Below, one piece after another: positions 21,903 to 35,792 of a DNA stretch of 64,000 nt; position 1 is the first letter of the stretch, and each line of letters starts with the position of its first letter. Made by a program: the position numbers and the translations under genes. The stretch comes from Pseudovirgaria hyperparasitica. Taxonomy: Eukaryota. The notes beneath the pieces were generated by a model. The model had not been told where the DNA came from and made no database searches. It was given only the letters and a program-made list of their open reading frames with translations. The stretch lies in NCBI GenBank assembly GCA_010093815.1, contig ML996568.1. The stretch is one strand, 5' to 3'.

Positions 21903-24168
21903 TCAGTCCTGGTCTTGCTCCTTCGCATTGCCCCAGACGTCGCGCTCTTCTCGGAAGCTACCAAAGTGCGAACTGCTGTGAGATGGCTCGTCTGTGTGGT
22001 CTCGCGTCTGCCACCTGAGGGCTTCATCAGATTGATGTGCAGAGAAACCGCCCACGTCTTCTTCGTTATCCCCATCCGCGAATGGCCGATCGAGATTGTG
22101 CTCATCCTCAGTATGAGTGTGAGGCGCATCCGGCTCAAAGCCTTCCCGTACTACTTCTGCTTCTCCCTCCTCTGGATATGTTTTACTGCCCTCGTGTTAG
22201 TTAAGGTGCTGATATGGTGAGTTAATTCTAGACGTACACGTAGTGCTTCGGTTCAGCCTCGTTCCAACCAGGCCCTCCTTCCTTGCGAGCTCGGACCCTC
22301 TCGATGTCTTCAGCCTCGTGGTCTTCCACTACAAGATCGACAAGCTGACTCCTGTCCGACTTGCCTGAACCTGAGGACGATGAGTGGTTCCGCTTCAACA
22401 TCTGTCCCACCGCTTGCAGACGAGATGGCGATTTGGAGTTGCTTGAACTCTCACTGTTTCTCCGATCCTCAGCCTCCTCCTGAATATGTTGTATTCGGCT
22501 CTTGCGACGTTGTTTGTTCTGTCTAGTCGGCTGTAAAACATGCCTGTTTGTGGACGCGGACACTATCGTGGGGCTACCATATAGTCTCTGTTCACGACTT
22601 GCAGTGTGTGCTGTAATGACCGGGTAATTGCAATCTCCAAATTCGAGTGCTCGAGCATTGGTATATAGCTGCTCTTCTTCAGGATCTAGACTCTCTTCCA
22701 TGTTGTCTTCTTCGGCAACGCCATAAGTATTTGTCTCGAGGGCTCGATGTGCACCAGGACTCATCGTGCGAGCCCGACTCTCCGCCGCTTTTTTCAGCAG
22801 CGGAGTCCGACTGTCGTCAGCATGCTCTCCTGGTTTCGGAATCCAATATTTGCCTTTGCCTCCTCGTTCGTATCTCATGCCTTCCATCATTCTTGCAGTA
22901 CGTGATGCTGATTGCTCGTGTCCCAGAACGTTGTCACGCGCGTCAAAGTAGCGATACTCATAGTTTTTCCCAGAGAAAGTTCCTTTGGTGTCTTCGATCA
23001 AATCTCGTGGTCCGAAAGCATCTCGCAGCGCATATTTGATCGGCATACGGGCAGATGAAATCGTGACGTCGGCATAATCGTGCCAAGAAAATGCGTACCA
23101 GTGCAGTATCGCAAAGAGGGGCATTTCAAAGCTGATCAGGGCATCCTGAATAGATGCTGCCAGATTGTCCGGTGTATAGCCTTGGACATCGTTGGGCAAG
23201 GCATTGAGCCAAACAAGAATCGACAAGAAGAAGCCTTGCCAGTAGGATGCGAAGATGATGCCCTTGACACAGAGGAACTTGGGCATAGGTCGGAAAGGTT
23301 GCAGATCGGCTGACATACACACCCAGAACAAGGCAAGGGCATATAGGCATACGGTGATGCTTACGTTGTATATCAAGCCACTCCAGAAGTAGCCAGAGGT
23401 CACGCCAAGATATCCTTCTTTATAGGTTCCGGTAGCTTTCAGAATGATGGCTGCTACCGCGAGTACAGGCTTCACCCAGGTGTACTGAAGAATACCACGC
23501 TTTATAGCAAGGAAAGTATGCGGATCGGAGATGTCGACTTTAGGGAGGCAATGGTTGAGGGGCCAGAGATGCGAGACTGGCCGTCGACCATGCATCATCA
23601 CGATGAGGGCTCGCTCGCCGCCAAGAAAGTTGATTAGGAGCTGGAAGAAGGTATATATAGTGAAGGCCTAGCTTAAGGTATCAGCATCCTGAATTATGTA
23701 TGAGCACTAGGAGACTCACTTCATATACATCCTGTACAGGCCTTACCCAGAATGCCACGGACAGTGATGTGAGGCTTGCCCATGATGCTGCCGAAAAGAT
23801 CGGAACCCTGGTCCACAACTCAGCACGTCTTCATAGAAAATCCATAGATGTATACAGACATCACAAGTATACGAACTACATATCGCTGTAAAAGAGGCTT
23901 GCGATAGTTTTTGCTGTAGAGTTTTAATGTTGATCTACGCAGCATGTTGGGGCGACATCATCACTCACGACTGAAGCCATACAGACCTGTAGCAATCTAG
24001 TCAGCGATGTCATATGAGTCTTCTAGAGCTGACTTACACGCATGTCAGTGCGGTTGCAACAAGAGCTGCAACACCAGCCACTATGATGACAGCACGATTA
24101 AACCTTGATCCAGTGCCATTGCCCGCCATGAGATGGATATCGCCGGCGTCGCGGCGAAGGGCGTCCAT
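21903..24168 (-). CDS. TMEM184/OST-alpha (DUF300) family membrane protein, Hfl1-like; exons 24168-24038, 23986-23969, 23913-23860, 23807-23720, 23667-22238, 22185-21903
   Basis: Spliced N-terminus 'SVWLQSKNYRKPLLQRYVVRILVMVPIFS...DVYEAFTIYTFFQLLINFLGGER', then 'KRGILQYTWVKP', 'PMPKFLCVKGIIFASYWQG', 'FEMPLFAILHWYAFS'. Alternative in-frame ATG at 24129. Confidence 0.92.
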
Positions 24169-24600
24169 GGCCAGTCGCGTCGAGCTACAACACGTAGCAG
24201 GTCGAGAAGGATGAATAGATCAAACAGGAAGCCTCATGATATCCAGTAGACGTCGTTGTTCAGGCGAAACCGTACGAGGTGTTTTGCAGTGTTTGAAGCT
24301 GCGGCCTAGAGCGCGCATGATCCTTGATCATCCATAGACCCTGACCAAGCTTTCTGCTCCAAATAAGTTTGCATGCGCAATGTGCATACCTAGGTGCGTG
24401 ACGTATTATACGCTAAACGACATCGGGCCAAGCGTAGGTACACAAGAATTCGAAGGCGCCCTTCAGGCTTCACCATCTTTATATACCACGGAGAGGTAGA
24501 ATCGGAGCCGTTGCATTGCTTGTTTCTGTACCTCAAAAGAGCTGGATGGTCTCAGAAACAACATGACCACCGCGCAGGAAACTTTGTGCACGCAATTACA

Positions 24601-27600
24601 ATGGCGAGCGGGCTGACCGGAGCTCCATTGCGCGTTGGCGATGGCTTTAACTGGTATGCACACGGCAGACGTGTATTGCACGCAATAATCACTAATTACC
24701 CACAGGATTTATTTCGTCGAGCTTCTTGTCTGCGCAGTGCTGACCATATTCTTCCTCTTCTACTTCAATCGGCTCTTTGGGACCATCGTTTCCTACGCTA
24801 TACGAGCTTTCACCTGGCACAAATACCAAGCGTACATCGACATACAGTCCCTACAGATCTCCTTACTAGCGGGTCGCATCTTCTTCAAGGACATTCGTTA
24901 CCACGCGCACAATCAGACCATTCTGGTACACGGTGGCTACATCACCTGGCAATACTGGTTGCGTACTGTTCAAGATACGGATGTCTTCGACCCCAGTCCA
25001 CACAGAGGTGGCCGAGGCAGGTCTGCGAGTTCCAGTCGCGCAGGAAGCCAGAGTAGGAGCCGAAGCGTGGACAGGGAGGAGAAAGCAGGTAGCCAAGAAA
25101 CGAAAAAGCTGCCATACCGTATCACTGTCAAGGTGTCCGGACTTGAAGCTTTTATCTATAATCGCAGTCCGGTATACGATTCGATACTGGCCAACATAAC
25201 AAAGAAACGCGAACATGGTCAGACAGCAAATGCCCCAAAAAGGTCGCAAGAAGACGAGATGCTGTCTCAGTTTATTTCCGAGACCTCGCGGGCCTCGCGG
25301 GATCACCGTCCGGGTCATGAAAAAGAGATGTCGGGCTACCCCGCTGGCTATGCGTCTCATCCAGAAGAGGACATTCTCAGGCAGCCGAATCCCCCACCTT
25401 CGTTCTTAAGGTTATTTCCTATTCACGTCGATTGTAATAAGGGAGCCGTTGCTCTCGGCAACGAGAATACAACCTCTGTCCTGACTGCACAGTTCGAGAA
25501 GGCGAGTGGAGAGTTTAGTGCTACCCACTCCGGTCCCCTTGATGTTTATCGGCAGCTCTTCAATTTCGAATTCATACATCCGGTCGTTCATATGCGCAAG
25601 AATCATGATTTCAAATCCCTTCAGCTCGCCACCGCAGCACGTTTGAAAAAGAACGCCGAGGATGGAGAGTTATCAGACAAGACCTTGAATCCCCATCAAG
25701 AAGACTCAAAACGGAAATGGCGCCCATGGAATCCTTTTGCTACGCTTTGGAACACGTCGACCGAATCTATCAAGATGATCGCGAGCAAGCATGGACAGTT
25801 CCAAGCAGGTCAGCCTTCCTTTCCCGGCCAGGAGCGCTGGCAAGGATTATCGAGATATGTACATGATAGCCAGAATGATGAGCATGATGAGTGGGATGGA
25901 GTAGAATATGGTAAAACTTCCCTCATCGCAGACGTCCCTCGGCTCCGAATGAGCTTTTATTGGGACGTACCTGGTCCTGTGTCAACGAAAACGGATCCAC
26001 CAGATTCTGGGATGTCTTCTGAGAATATTAATGGAGATTTACCTCCTGCGTACGGTATGGACCTGCAAGTATATGGCGGTACGATCAACTATGGTCCCTG
26101 GGCCGACAGGCAGCGCATCAATCTGCAGAACATATTCTTTCCAGCCAATCATGTTGACGCCATTCCAGCCACACCCCTCTCAAAGGGCCAGACTCGCGCT
26201 TCCACGATATTCAAACTTTTCATCAGTATCGAGCAGGATACTACGATACGCATTCCTATGCGTGAGGCTTCGAAAGATTGGAAATGGAAAGGCAAGGCCA
26301 GCGATATCCTCGGAGGCGACAAAAATGACCACAAAGACACGCTTCGCTCTAGAATACGACCTGGGCGCAATAAAAATGACAAAGGGGCCGGTGCTACTGT
26401 CCGACCTTTCGCTTGGCTTGACGTCAAGGTTCTGGGAAACACCACTGTCAATTACGATATGGATATGTTTGCCCGGAATGATGGCTATCGTAACCTTCTT
26501 GATGTTGACTTCAGTGGTACTGAGATCTCATCAAGTGTGAATCACGGCTTATTGTGGAGGACAGGGCAAGTCACGGTCAGCTCGAACATGTCGAACCCAC
26601 TGGTATGGAATAAACTTCGGAAATGGACGTTTGAAATCAAAATCAACGATCTTGACCTCTTTATTCTTCGAGATCACCTATTTTTGATAACAGATCTTAT
26701 AACAGATTGGAGTTCTGGACCGCCACCTGACTACTTCACATTCACCCCTATGCAGTACCTTCTCACAATTGACTTCAATCGCTTCAAGATGTACCTCAAT
26801 ACCAATGACTCAAACATCGTCAACAACCCGTCGGAACTCGAGGAAAACAATTTTGTCATCCTGTTTGGCAGACAACTGCATGGTGAAGTCACCATCCCCC
26901 TAGACCGCTTTTGTCCTGCTCAAAGTGAAATACCGTTCGACGTGAAAGGCCAAGATCTTGGCTTGGATCTCTCCATGTCCCCACGCAATACTCTGCACAC
27001 ATTTGTGCGCTCGCCTCACGTGGCACGCTTGGGCAATATCAGGATGCGTGGAAGCCACAGTTACTTTACCACAACTGCACCCAACCTTACTGATAGATTG
27101 CACTTTGATATAGACGGTTCCAACTTCTCTCTTACATTATATGGATTTCTCATTCGGCAATTGCTGGTCCTCAAAGAAAACTATTTCGGTGAAGACCTAC
27201 ACTTTAAAACTCTGGAAGAGTATCAGAGTCTGCAGCCAGGTGGCCTAGGCACTGGTGACCAGCCTGAAGATCAAAACGGACGTCATAATAAATCCAACGA
27301 CTTGGATGTCATACTTTGCATCACTGCGAGCGAATGTAATGCACTCTTACCGTCCAACATCTACTCCGCAGACCATGGCATTCGAGTGGATTTACCCTAC
27401 GCATCTGCCGATCTTCGTTTCACCAATTATTACATGGATTTGGAGACGAACTTCAGTCCTCTGAGTGTATCTCTTGGGAACATACCTACGGATCCCGATG
27501 GGCCTGCAGAAAATAGTGGCCAAACTGAAATATTCATCGACTCTGCCAGTATAGTCGGACACCGGCTCTTTGGTCTACCTCCGACTGAGCCGACTTACGT

Positions 27601-30600
27601 CTGCAACTGGGACTTCACCGTCGGTGAGACCATAGGCGAATGCTCAGTTGAGTTCCTCGATGAGCTTGCTAGCAGTGCGCAAGGCTTTGCATTTTCATTA
27701 GACGATTACGAGAATGCTTTGCCAGTGCTTAATCCCATAGAACTCCATGACGTCACATTTCTGCGCCTTAATACTTCGCTGATACGAATCTGGCTTCATA
27801 TCGGGCAAGAAGCATTGCTGATTAGCTGTGAGCCAGTGAAACTCGATTTCAACGATTGGGCGGGAAAACATTTCTCTCAACGCCTCAACGTACAAGTTCC
27901 CAAGTTAGTTATCGCGTGTGCAGATGCTAGCACAACCTCACGACATCGCACTTCCGATGGCCACCGTCAAAGTGTCATGACGCATGCATACTTAGACACG
28001 TCGATATCTCTAAGCATGGTCCGGCGCAAATTGGGATTCACAGCAGATCGACAGCTTCAACAAGATCATATTTACGAGCATGACAAGCGTACGAAACGCA
28101 CGGATTTCCTGCTTATTAACAACCATGCTGATTTGGCTCGGAGCAAGTCGATAAACAACACTCAGACCCCTGCATTGATATTCCCTCCAATGCCTCTGCC
28201 TGTTGGCGTCCAGATTGACTCCATGTCCACGAGCAGCCTACGGACACCGACTCAGTATGAGGCTTCTATCAAGGGTAGCATTCAGATGCAGAGAAACATG
28301 CCCACCGCTACCTTGTCTCGTTCATCTACTGAGAACTTACCTGATTGGCGCAAGCAACCATCAACAACAACAATGGTCTCTTCCAAAGGCGGTTGTTCAG
28401 ACGACTGGGTGAGCTCGATGACTACCGATCATCAGCTTGAGGGACAACCATGGCTTCCTGCGTCCATTGCATTGACCAGTTCCTTGGCTCCACCATACTT
28501 TCCGATGCACCAAATTGAACTCGACCTGGCTGACGTAGATCCTCTACCTGTACTCGAAACCCATCATGCAAATGAGACGCAAATTTCAGGGAAGATACAA
28601 ACGCCCGATGCCACGTATGACTTGGACGAAGACATGGTCCATACCAGTTTCGTTGTTAGCACAGGCCAAGGGATCCGCATATTCTGTACTCCTAAAGCGA
28701 TCTCAGTGGTAGCCAGCATACTCGAGCACATCCTTCCGAAGAATCCAGACTCAATCCTCGATGCTCTTCAAGTGTCGACTTTGTCAACAATACTAGACTC
28801 AAACAAGCGAGATGAGGGTAAAGGAAAGTCTAATGAAGTTAGCATCAGTGTACCGCAAATTCATGTGAGACTCTGTAACGAATCTTCCGTACGAACTGAC
28901 TATGGCGCCCACATGGAGACGGATCAATACGACATGTACATCAGAAACCCTCATCTTCTCCTGCGGAGCAAGTCCTTCCCGAGATACGAGGCTGTCCCCG
29001 AAGTGAAGCGATCTCTTTCTGTTCATGCAACGTTTTCGGTCTTCGACCTCTCCATTCGCCAGAAACAGAGCGGCATTGAATCAGACGACGTGGCCGTGTC
29101 TGCGCGTGTCAATGATTTCCTGCTTTGGATATCTCAAGCTAGGACCAACTCAATCAACGTAACTGTTAAGTGTTGCGAGATTGCTAATGCTAGTAAACAG
29201 ATCAACTACCTAGCATCATTGATACATCGCACTGCAGTCCTTGCCACAGAGGTCGAAAAGATATTCTCAGACCTCGCTAGCAATTGGCAAAGTCGACTTC
29301 GATACATGGTTTATTACCTAAGTAACCGCGGGAAAGACGTACCCGATCCTACTTTCCTCACCCGAGCTTCTTATGTCGGGCGGGTCGGTCCCGATCATCT
29401 TCGCAATTCAGATTCGTGGAAGATTCTATCGCGGCTCCGCTTTATCCTACAGAACTTAAGTCACAATGATTATGATCAACTATCATCTGCTTGTCGCGAT
29501 CAAGAGTTCATCTACCCCGAGGACTCACCACATGAGATTATATCCCTTTGGGACCAGTGGAGAGCTTGGGATCTGAAATCAGTCAAGAAGAGTCTCGTTA
29601 TGCAAAAGCTTTACGGTCCCTTCCAGGACGTTACTGTGTTGGACGAAGCTGCCGAGCTGCCTCTATATATCAACGTTAAAGCCGCCATCATCAAGGCAAT
29701 CATCGATCCGGGACCTAAACAAACAGACTTTTCAACTCAGCTCTTCTCTGCAGCAGTGAGATCCGACCCGCCGCCTCCCCCTTCGGGTCTGCATCTCGTA
29801 GAGCAAGAGTCGCGCAAAACAACCATCCAATTAAGCTCGAGAAACATGATGCTCAAGGTTAATTGGGAGGTTTGCGAACTTATAGAGAAGTTATTGACGA
29901 TGTTCAAAAACAGCAGTGCACGAAACCCCCAAAAAGAAACACGGGTCGTCTTAGGGCCCCCTAATCCCGGGCCGTCGAAGGCGACCAAAAGCCGTCATGA
30001 TTTTCATCTGGTATACGCCACAGAAATCGCTAGCATTGAGATGGACTGCATCAATGTCATGTTGACATGCGCATCTCAGGATGTCAAAATCTCACTAGCT
30101 GGGTACAAGGGTACGGAGTCCAATCAAGGTGTATTCGTCAGCGCCGTTGCCTCCGCCGATAATTCAGGGGCGCACCTTCGGTCACGTTCACGACTGCTTC
30201 TTCGCACCGAAGCTGAGTTCCCTTCCATCTACATATCTCACCACGGAAATCGCGAGACAGTGGACGAACTACGTATTATCGGTGCTTGTAAAGTCGCTGC
30301 CATTGAACTGACAGAGGAGATCCTTGGGCTGTTCGAAGTCGCGGATGCTGTATTAGTCGACGAAGCTGCCTTCGTGTTCCAGCAGATTCAGAAATTCCCG
30401 ACAGATAATAAGGAGCAGTCGAAACTTGATCAACGACGCTCGAACATTCCTAAATTAACTATTGCACTGCTGATGGACACATACTACATCGACGTCACTA
30501 TTCTCCCCACTCTGTCATATTCAATCGCAGGCGGTATAGGCCGCGTCTCCGTTTCTCCGCGCGTTGATAAGGAGCTAGACCTCACCGTAGAGTTTGATTT

Positions 30601-33600
30601 GAATGGCCACAAGCACAGCTTTTACAACAAGGAGACTAGTGAGTCGACAATAATCACTTCACTGGATATTCCTGCAGTCAATGGCCGCCTCAAGATAACG
30701 CAAGACGACGATATAACAAAACTGAGTTTGATCAGCACTTTAGACATGGTTACCTTCGAAGCTTCCTCAATCCATGGCCTACTGAACATTGCCAAAGACC
30801 CCGAAATGTCTCGCCTTACACACGCAATTCAAGAAGACGCTGAAGTGTTACGAGGTCACTTCAAGGAGATCTTTCCCAAAGAGAAAGATACTTATACCGT
30901 CAAGGCTCCAAAATCAGGGTCTTTCATCTACTATGTGAAGCTGACCATGGCCGGGCTACAAATTGTCGCCAATGCTCCTACACAGTATGCCATTTCTACC
31001 ACTGCAGCACTCGTGATAGGCATGGAGGACATGCAATTAAACGTGTCGAACATCTCTGCAAAGGATAGTCTCATTCTCGTTCTACCAGACGTGGCAGCTG
31101 ACGTGAGGCGAGTGGGTGTCAGTCTAGCGCTCTCCAACGAAGAGATTTGCCAACGCTCGGGCAATGTCACACTTGGTGTCAATATTCGAGTCACTTCCGC
31201 TGATCCCTCAAATATAAATGCGAAGCGTGTCATTCGTGTTTCCAGTTCAAATCTTGATGTCAACATCTATGCCGAAACGGCCTCGGCTATGGTGGATGTC
31301 ATGAACCATCTTCAGGATAGGCTCAAAGACATCGATCTGTCGCGACAGAGGAAGTACTTCCGACGACTACATCGATCAAAATTTCCACGATCCTCCTCCG
31401 CCATCATCGCAACGTCGGCTCAGGAAGAAGGGGAAGAGCGAGTCAAAACCGCCGGCGTGTTCACGTCGACTTATTCTCTCGAGCTGAACGAAATTCAGGT
31501 CAGTTGGGTAGTGGGACATTCTTCGCCGAGATATGGAAACCGAGAGCCTGAGGATCTCGTTCTCTCATTTCGACGGATAGATCTGTCAACAAGGGCCGAG
31601 GACAAGGCTCGGCTAATGATTGAAGACATGCAACTTCAAATGGTCCCTCCATCATTTGGGAAGAAAAAGCGGTCCTTGAACTCAGCCCTGCTTCCCGAGG
31701 TCGTATTCAACGTCGCCTACAGCTCATCTCAAGATGCCCGCAAACTTGCATTCCAAGCAGCTGGAAAGTCCCTGGATCTTCAATTAGAATCGAAGTTTAT
31801 CATCCCAGCAAAATGCCTGCACCAGTCTATAACACTGGCGACCGAAAAATTTCGAGCAGCAACTTCTAGCTGGCAGAAGACGCCCACCGTCAGCGGAGCG
31901 GAGCGCAAGAACCCCTTCGGTAACAAACGCTTGTCATCACTCCTAGTAGATGCCGACTTCGCTGGTGCAGTGGTCCATCTCCGAGCCGCTTCATACCAGG
32001 AACACCAGTCACCACAAGCTCATGCACGAGAAAATCCTGGGCAGCAAAAGGGCAAATATGGCCAATTTGTGACAGAGGACTCAGCAGCTAGCACGTCACT
32101 CCGGGCCCCCGGTGTTGCGCTCAAAGCAGAGTTCACCGACGACGGTGGGAAGCATCCGTCACTGAATGTTGAACTCAAAGTCGATGCTTCCAATAATGCG
32201 CTCTACCCTAGTGTAGTGCCTTTAATCGTTGACATATCAAATGCGGTCAAGCAGGTTGTGCAGGACAAAGACAACGATGGCGCAAAGGAGAACGTTTTGG
32301 GAAAGGCAAAGCCAGCTGGATCGAAATTGATCGATGAGGAAAGCCTCATGAATGTGGATCCCAGTACATATCTAGGGAAGACTCGCCTGAACTTTGGCTT
32401 TCGTATTTGCAGACAAGAGTTTAGCCTCAGCTGCCAACCTATTGCACGTGTAGCAGCCTCCGCACGACTTGACGAGATTTACATGACCATGAGCAGTGTG
32501 AAAACGAAAGACCATGGCCACTTCTTCGCCATTACTGGCGCATTTGAGAAATTGCAAGCCTCTGTTCAACATGTTTATTCGAAAGAGTCGACCTTCAGTT
32601 TCAAAGTCGATTCGGTCCATCTGTCAGTGATGAACAGTAAACATCTGAGTGGCAGGTCAGGAGTATCGGCAATTCTGAAAATAAATCCCACCCGGACACA
32701 GATCAATGCGCGACAATTACAGGACTTTCTACTCTTTCGCGAGATATGGGTGCCACCAGAAATTCGACAAGAGGCTCACCAAACACCTTCAGCTCCGTCC
32801 ACCGAACCTCAAGAGTATCTGGTTCAGCGCTATCACCAGGTCGCATCTGCCGCTGCATTCCCATGGAACGCTACCTTTGCCATCGCTGAGATGGCAGTCG
32901 AACTTGACCTAGGTCAAGCAATAGGGAAGTCATCACTTACCATCTCTAATATGTGGGCGTCATCCAAAAAGAACTCAGATTGGGAACAGAACCTTTGCAT
33001 TGGGGTGGATAGAGTCGGAATCAAATCAACGGGCAGAATGAACGGCAACGTCGACTTGACAAACGTCAAGGTGCGTACGTCGATCCGCTGGCCCGAACAG
33101 CAGGAGGCACCTCGTCAAACTCCATTCATTCAAGCTTCTGCTGGCTTCGGAAGGTTGAACGCCAAGATTGGATTCGATTATCAAGTGTTCGCCGTTGCCG
33201 ACATATCTGACTTTGAGTTTCTTATGTATAATGTACGCCAGGGCGTAGAGCGAGATCGCCTTGTTGCTATCCTGGACGGTGATAGGGTCCAAGTATTCCT
33301 GACATCAACGAGCTCAGCCCAAGTCGTCGCATTATATCAAGCTATTCAACGCCTGGTTCAGGAGAACCAATCTGCTTACGAGCAGTCTCTAAAGGATATC
33401 GAGCGTTTCCTACGGCGAAAGTCCGCAGTCTTGCCAGGACCATTGCTTGCTCCGCAAGCGCCGAGCTCATCTGAGGAAGAACATAATGCCGATAACGCGC
33501 CTAAAGCCCCTATCTCGCTAGGAACCGACGTAGTTGTGACATTGAAGAAACTCACGTTTGGCGCCTTTCCGAGCTCTTTGACAGACAGCCAAGTCCTTAG

Positions 33601-34312
33601 TCTCGAAGCTTCCGACACGCAGGCTCGTTTCGCTACTGCACTCACCGAAGATCCCCTCAAAGGTGCCCAAGTTCATAGCGTCCTAGGTCTGACTCTCGGT
33701 CGCCTCAGCGTTGCCCTCGCTGCCATCGCACAGACTTCGAAGAAGGATACGCCTGTCGACATCACGGTCGAGTACATCGTCAACAGCGTCGCTGGTGCTC
33801 GCGGCGGCACTATTTTGCGCGTCCCTAAAGTCCTCGCTACTATGCAGACCTGGCAGATCCCTAACACGAATACCATCGAATACCAGTTCAAATCCTCTTT
33901 TGAAGGCAAAGTCGACGTAGGCTGGAACTATTCGCGGATAAGCTATATCCGTAATATGTGGAGTGCACACACGCGTGCCTTGGCATCACGACTTGGTAAG
34001 CCATTGCCGGAACCAGCTGTAAAGATATCGGCACCAAAGGAAAGACCAGAAACAGCGCAAGATCGCGAGAAAGCGAAAATCACAGCCGTCGTGGACGTTC
34101 CACAGAGCAGATACGAGTATGCACCGCTAGGCGAAGTGGTTATCGAGACACCTCAATTGAGGGATATGGGCGAGGCGACACCTCCGCTGGAATGGATTGG
34201 ACTACATCGTGATCGGCTACCCAATGTGACCCATCAAATTGTTATTGTGCCGTTATTGGAGATTGCGAGAGAGGTGGAGGATGCGTATCAAAGGATCTTG
34301 GGGACGAGTTGA
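24601..34312 (+). CDS. CSF1: Csf1, bridge-like lipid transfer protein (BLTP1/KIAA1109 family), ~3200 aa; exons 24601-24653, 24706-34312
   Basis: 'FNW|IYFVELLVCAVLTIFFLFYFNRLFG...QISLLAGRIFFK', 'NYGPWADRQR', 'ENYFGE..HFKTLEEY', C-terminal 'PQLRDMGEATPPLEWIGLHRDRLP'. Intron 24654-24705 links ATG 24601 to the 3191-aa ORF. Confidence 0.95.
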
Positions 34313-35792
34313 CGGCATGCATAAGTGCACGTATGCATGATGTTTAGTAATGACCAATGTGCTCAATATTGATAGGTAGTATTGACTCTAGGGATCTGTA
34401 TCCTGTAATTCCTCGACCAATAAAGAGGGTACAATGAGCTATTCGGCGTTATACTTTACGCGAGGTCTCCCAAAATATCTTTATAGGTCTGTCTATTACC
34501 AAAAAGCTTCTCTTCATCCTTTAGACGGCAGGTTATACTTGGATCCATTACTAGGTATAGATCCTTTTTAAAAGAATCTTTCTCCGGAAACGAGCACTGA
34601 CAGAAAGGCCAAGACCTTGCCCCACTGACAAGTAGATATTTTTGTCTACTTCCTGACTCGGGTTTCATGTAGTGCTGACTTGCCGGAATTCTGATCCGTA
34701 CTTGAAGGATGTTTCAGGCAGGGTAAAGCACGTGGCGCATGCCATTAGTGGTGGTACGATTTGCGATCTTGTTCTGCCAGAGAAAACCCTGCGCAATGTC
34801 ATCGCCAACTGAAGCATCACTTGTCTAGAACATGATTCTCCTAGCACCCTCTTGTATGCGCGTCCTAGCTTAGAGCTCTTCATATCTAAATAATGCTTAG
34901 AAATGAGCAGATAAGGAGACTGAGAATGGTTCAGATGCTCTTGATAGAGACTGAATTAAAGTTTTGAAGAGTTGAAAACCATATAGCAGTGTTCGCCTTA
35001 TTTTATTCTATGAATCGATATCGAGCTAATCATGTAGAGACTTATATAGAGGTAGATCGGTCCAGTAAGCGTTAGGAAGACCGTTACCTGCACAGTCCGG
35101 TGCCAAAGGTTTGAGGTTCCGGGGAAGTCCATGGATGGGTCCACCTGCACTGCACGGGTGCGTGACTGATAGCGGTACCTCTTGGCGTGTTTGACAGCTA
35201 GACTTATTATTTTTAAAATGGTAACAGGGGGTGATAGAAATCCGCGACCACCTAACATAGACTAATTTATAGCGTGTAGAAGTGCCCTTCTTATGGTGGG
35301 GTGCTTTACGTCGCTCGCATCAGGGATTAGTGCGCTAATGTTACTGCCCTATAGTTGTGATTGAGGACATGTTATTACTAGTTATATATAGAGATGACAT
35401 TTTATAGGGTGTGGGCACAGACTTTGTCAGCCCCTGTAATGGCATGGATCCGCGACTGGCCACGACTTCTTCTCGGACATGGCAGGAATCTTTTAAGACA
35501 CTGAGCTTAACCTTTGCACATACAGTAACAAGAAAATTCACTCATGATTCTACTGCTTTCACGGACCAAAGAGGATCAAGTTTCGCTCGTGCTTCTTTAC
35601 CACGATCTTCTTATGAAATACGGGTCTGAGGTGAATTTTGGCTAAAGGATTATAGCATATCGGCGTGGCCTATACATTTTCGCACGATATATAGGGCCGA
35701 TAGAAGATGTTTTGAATCAGCAATGTAATATATAGTATACCACTTCTCTGTTTCTTTCCTCCAGACATCGTCTCATTTCCGCTACGATCAAC

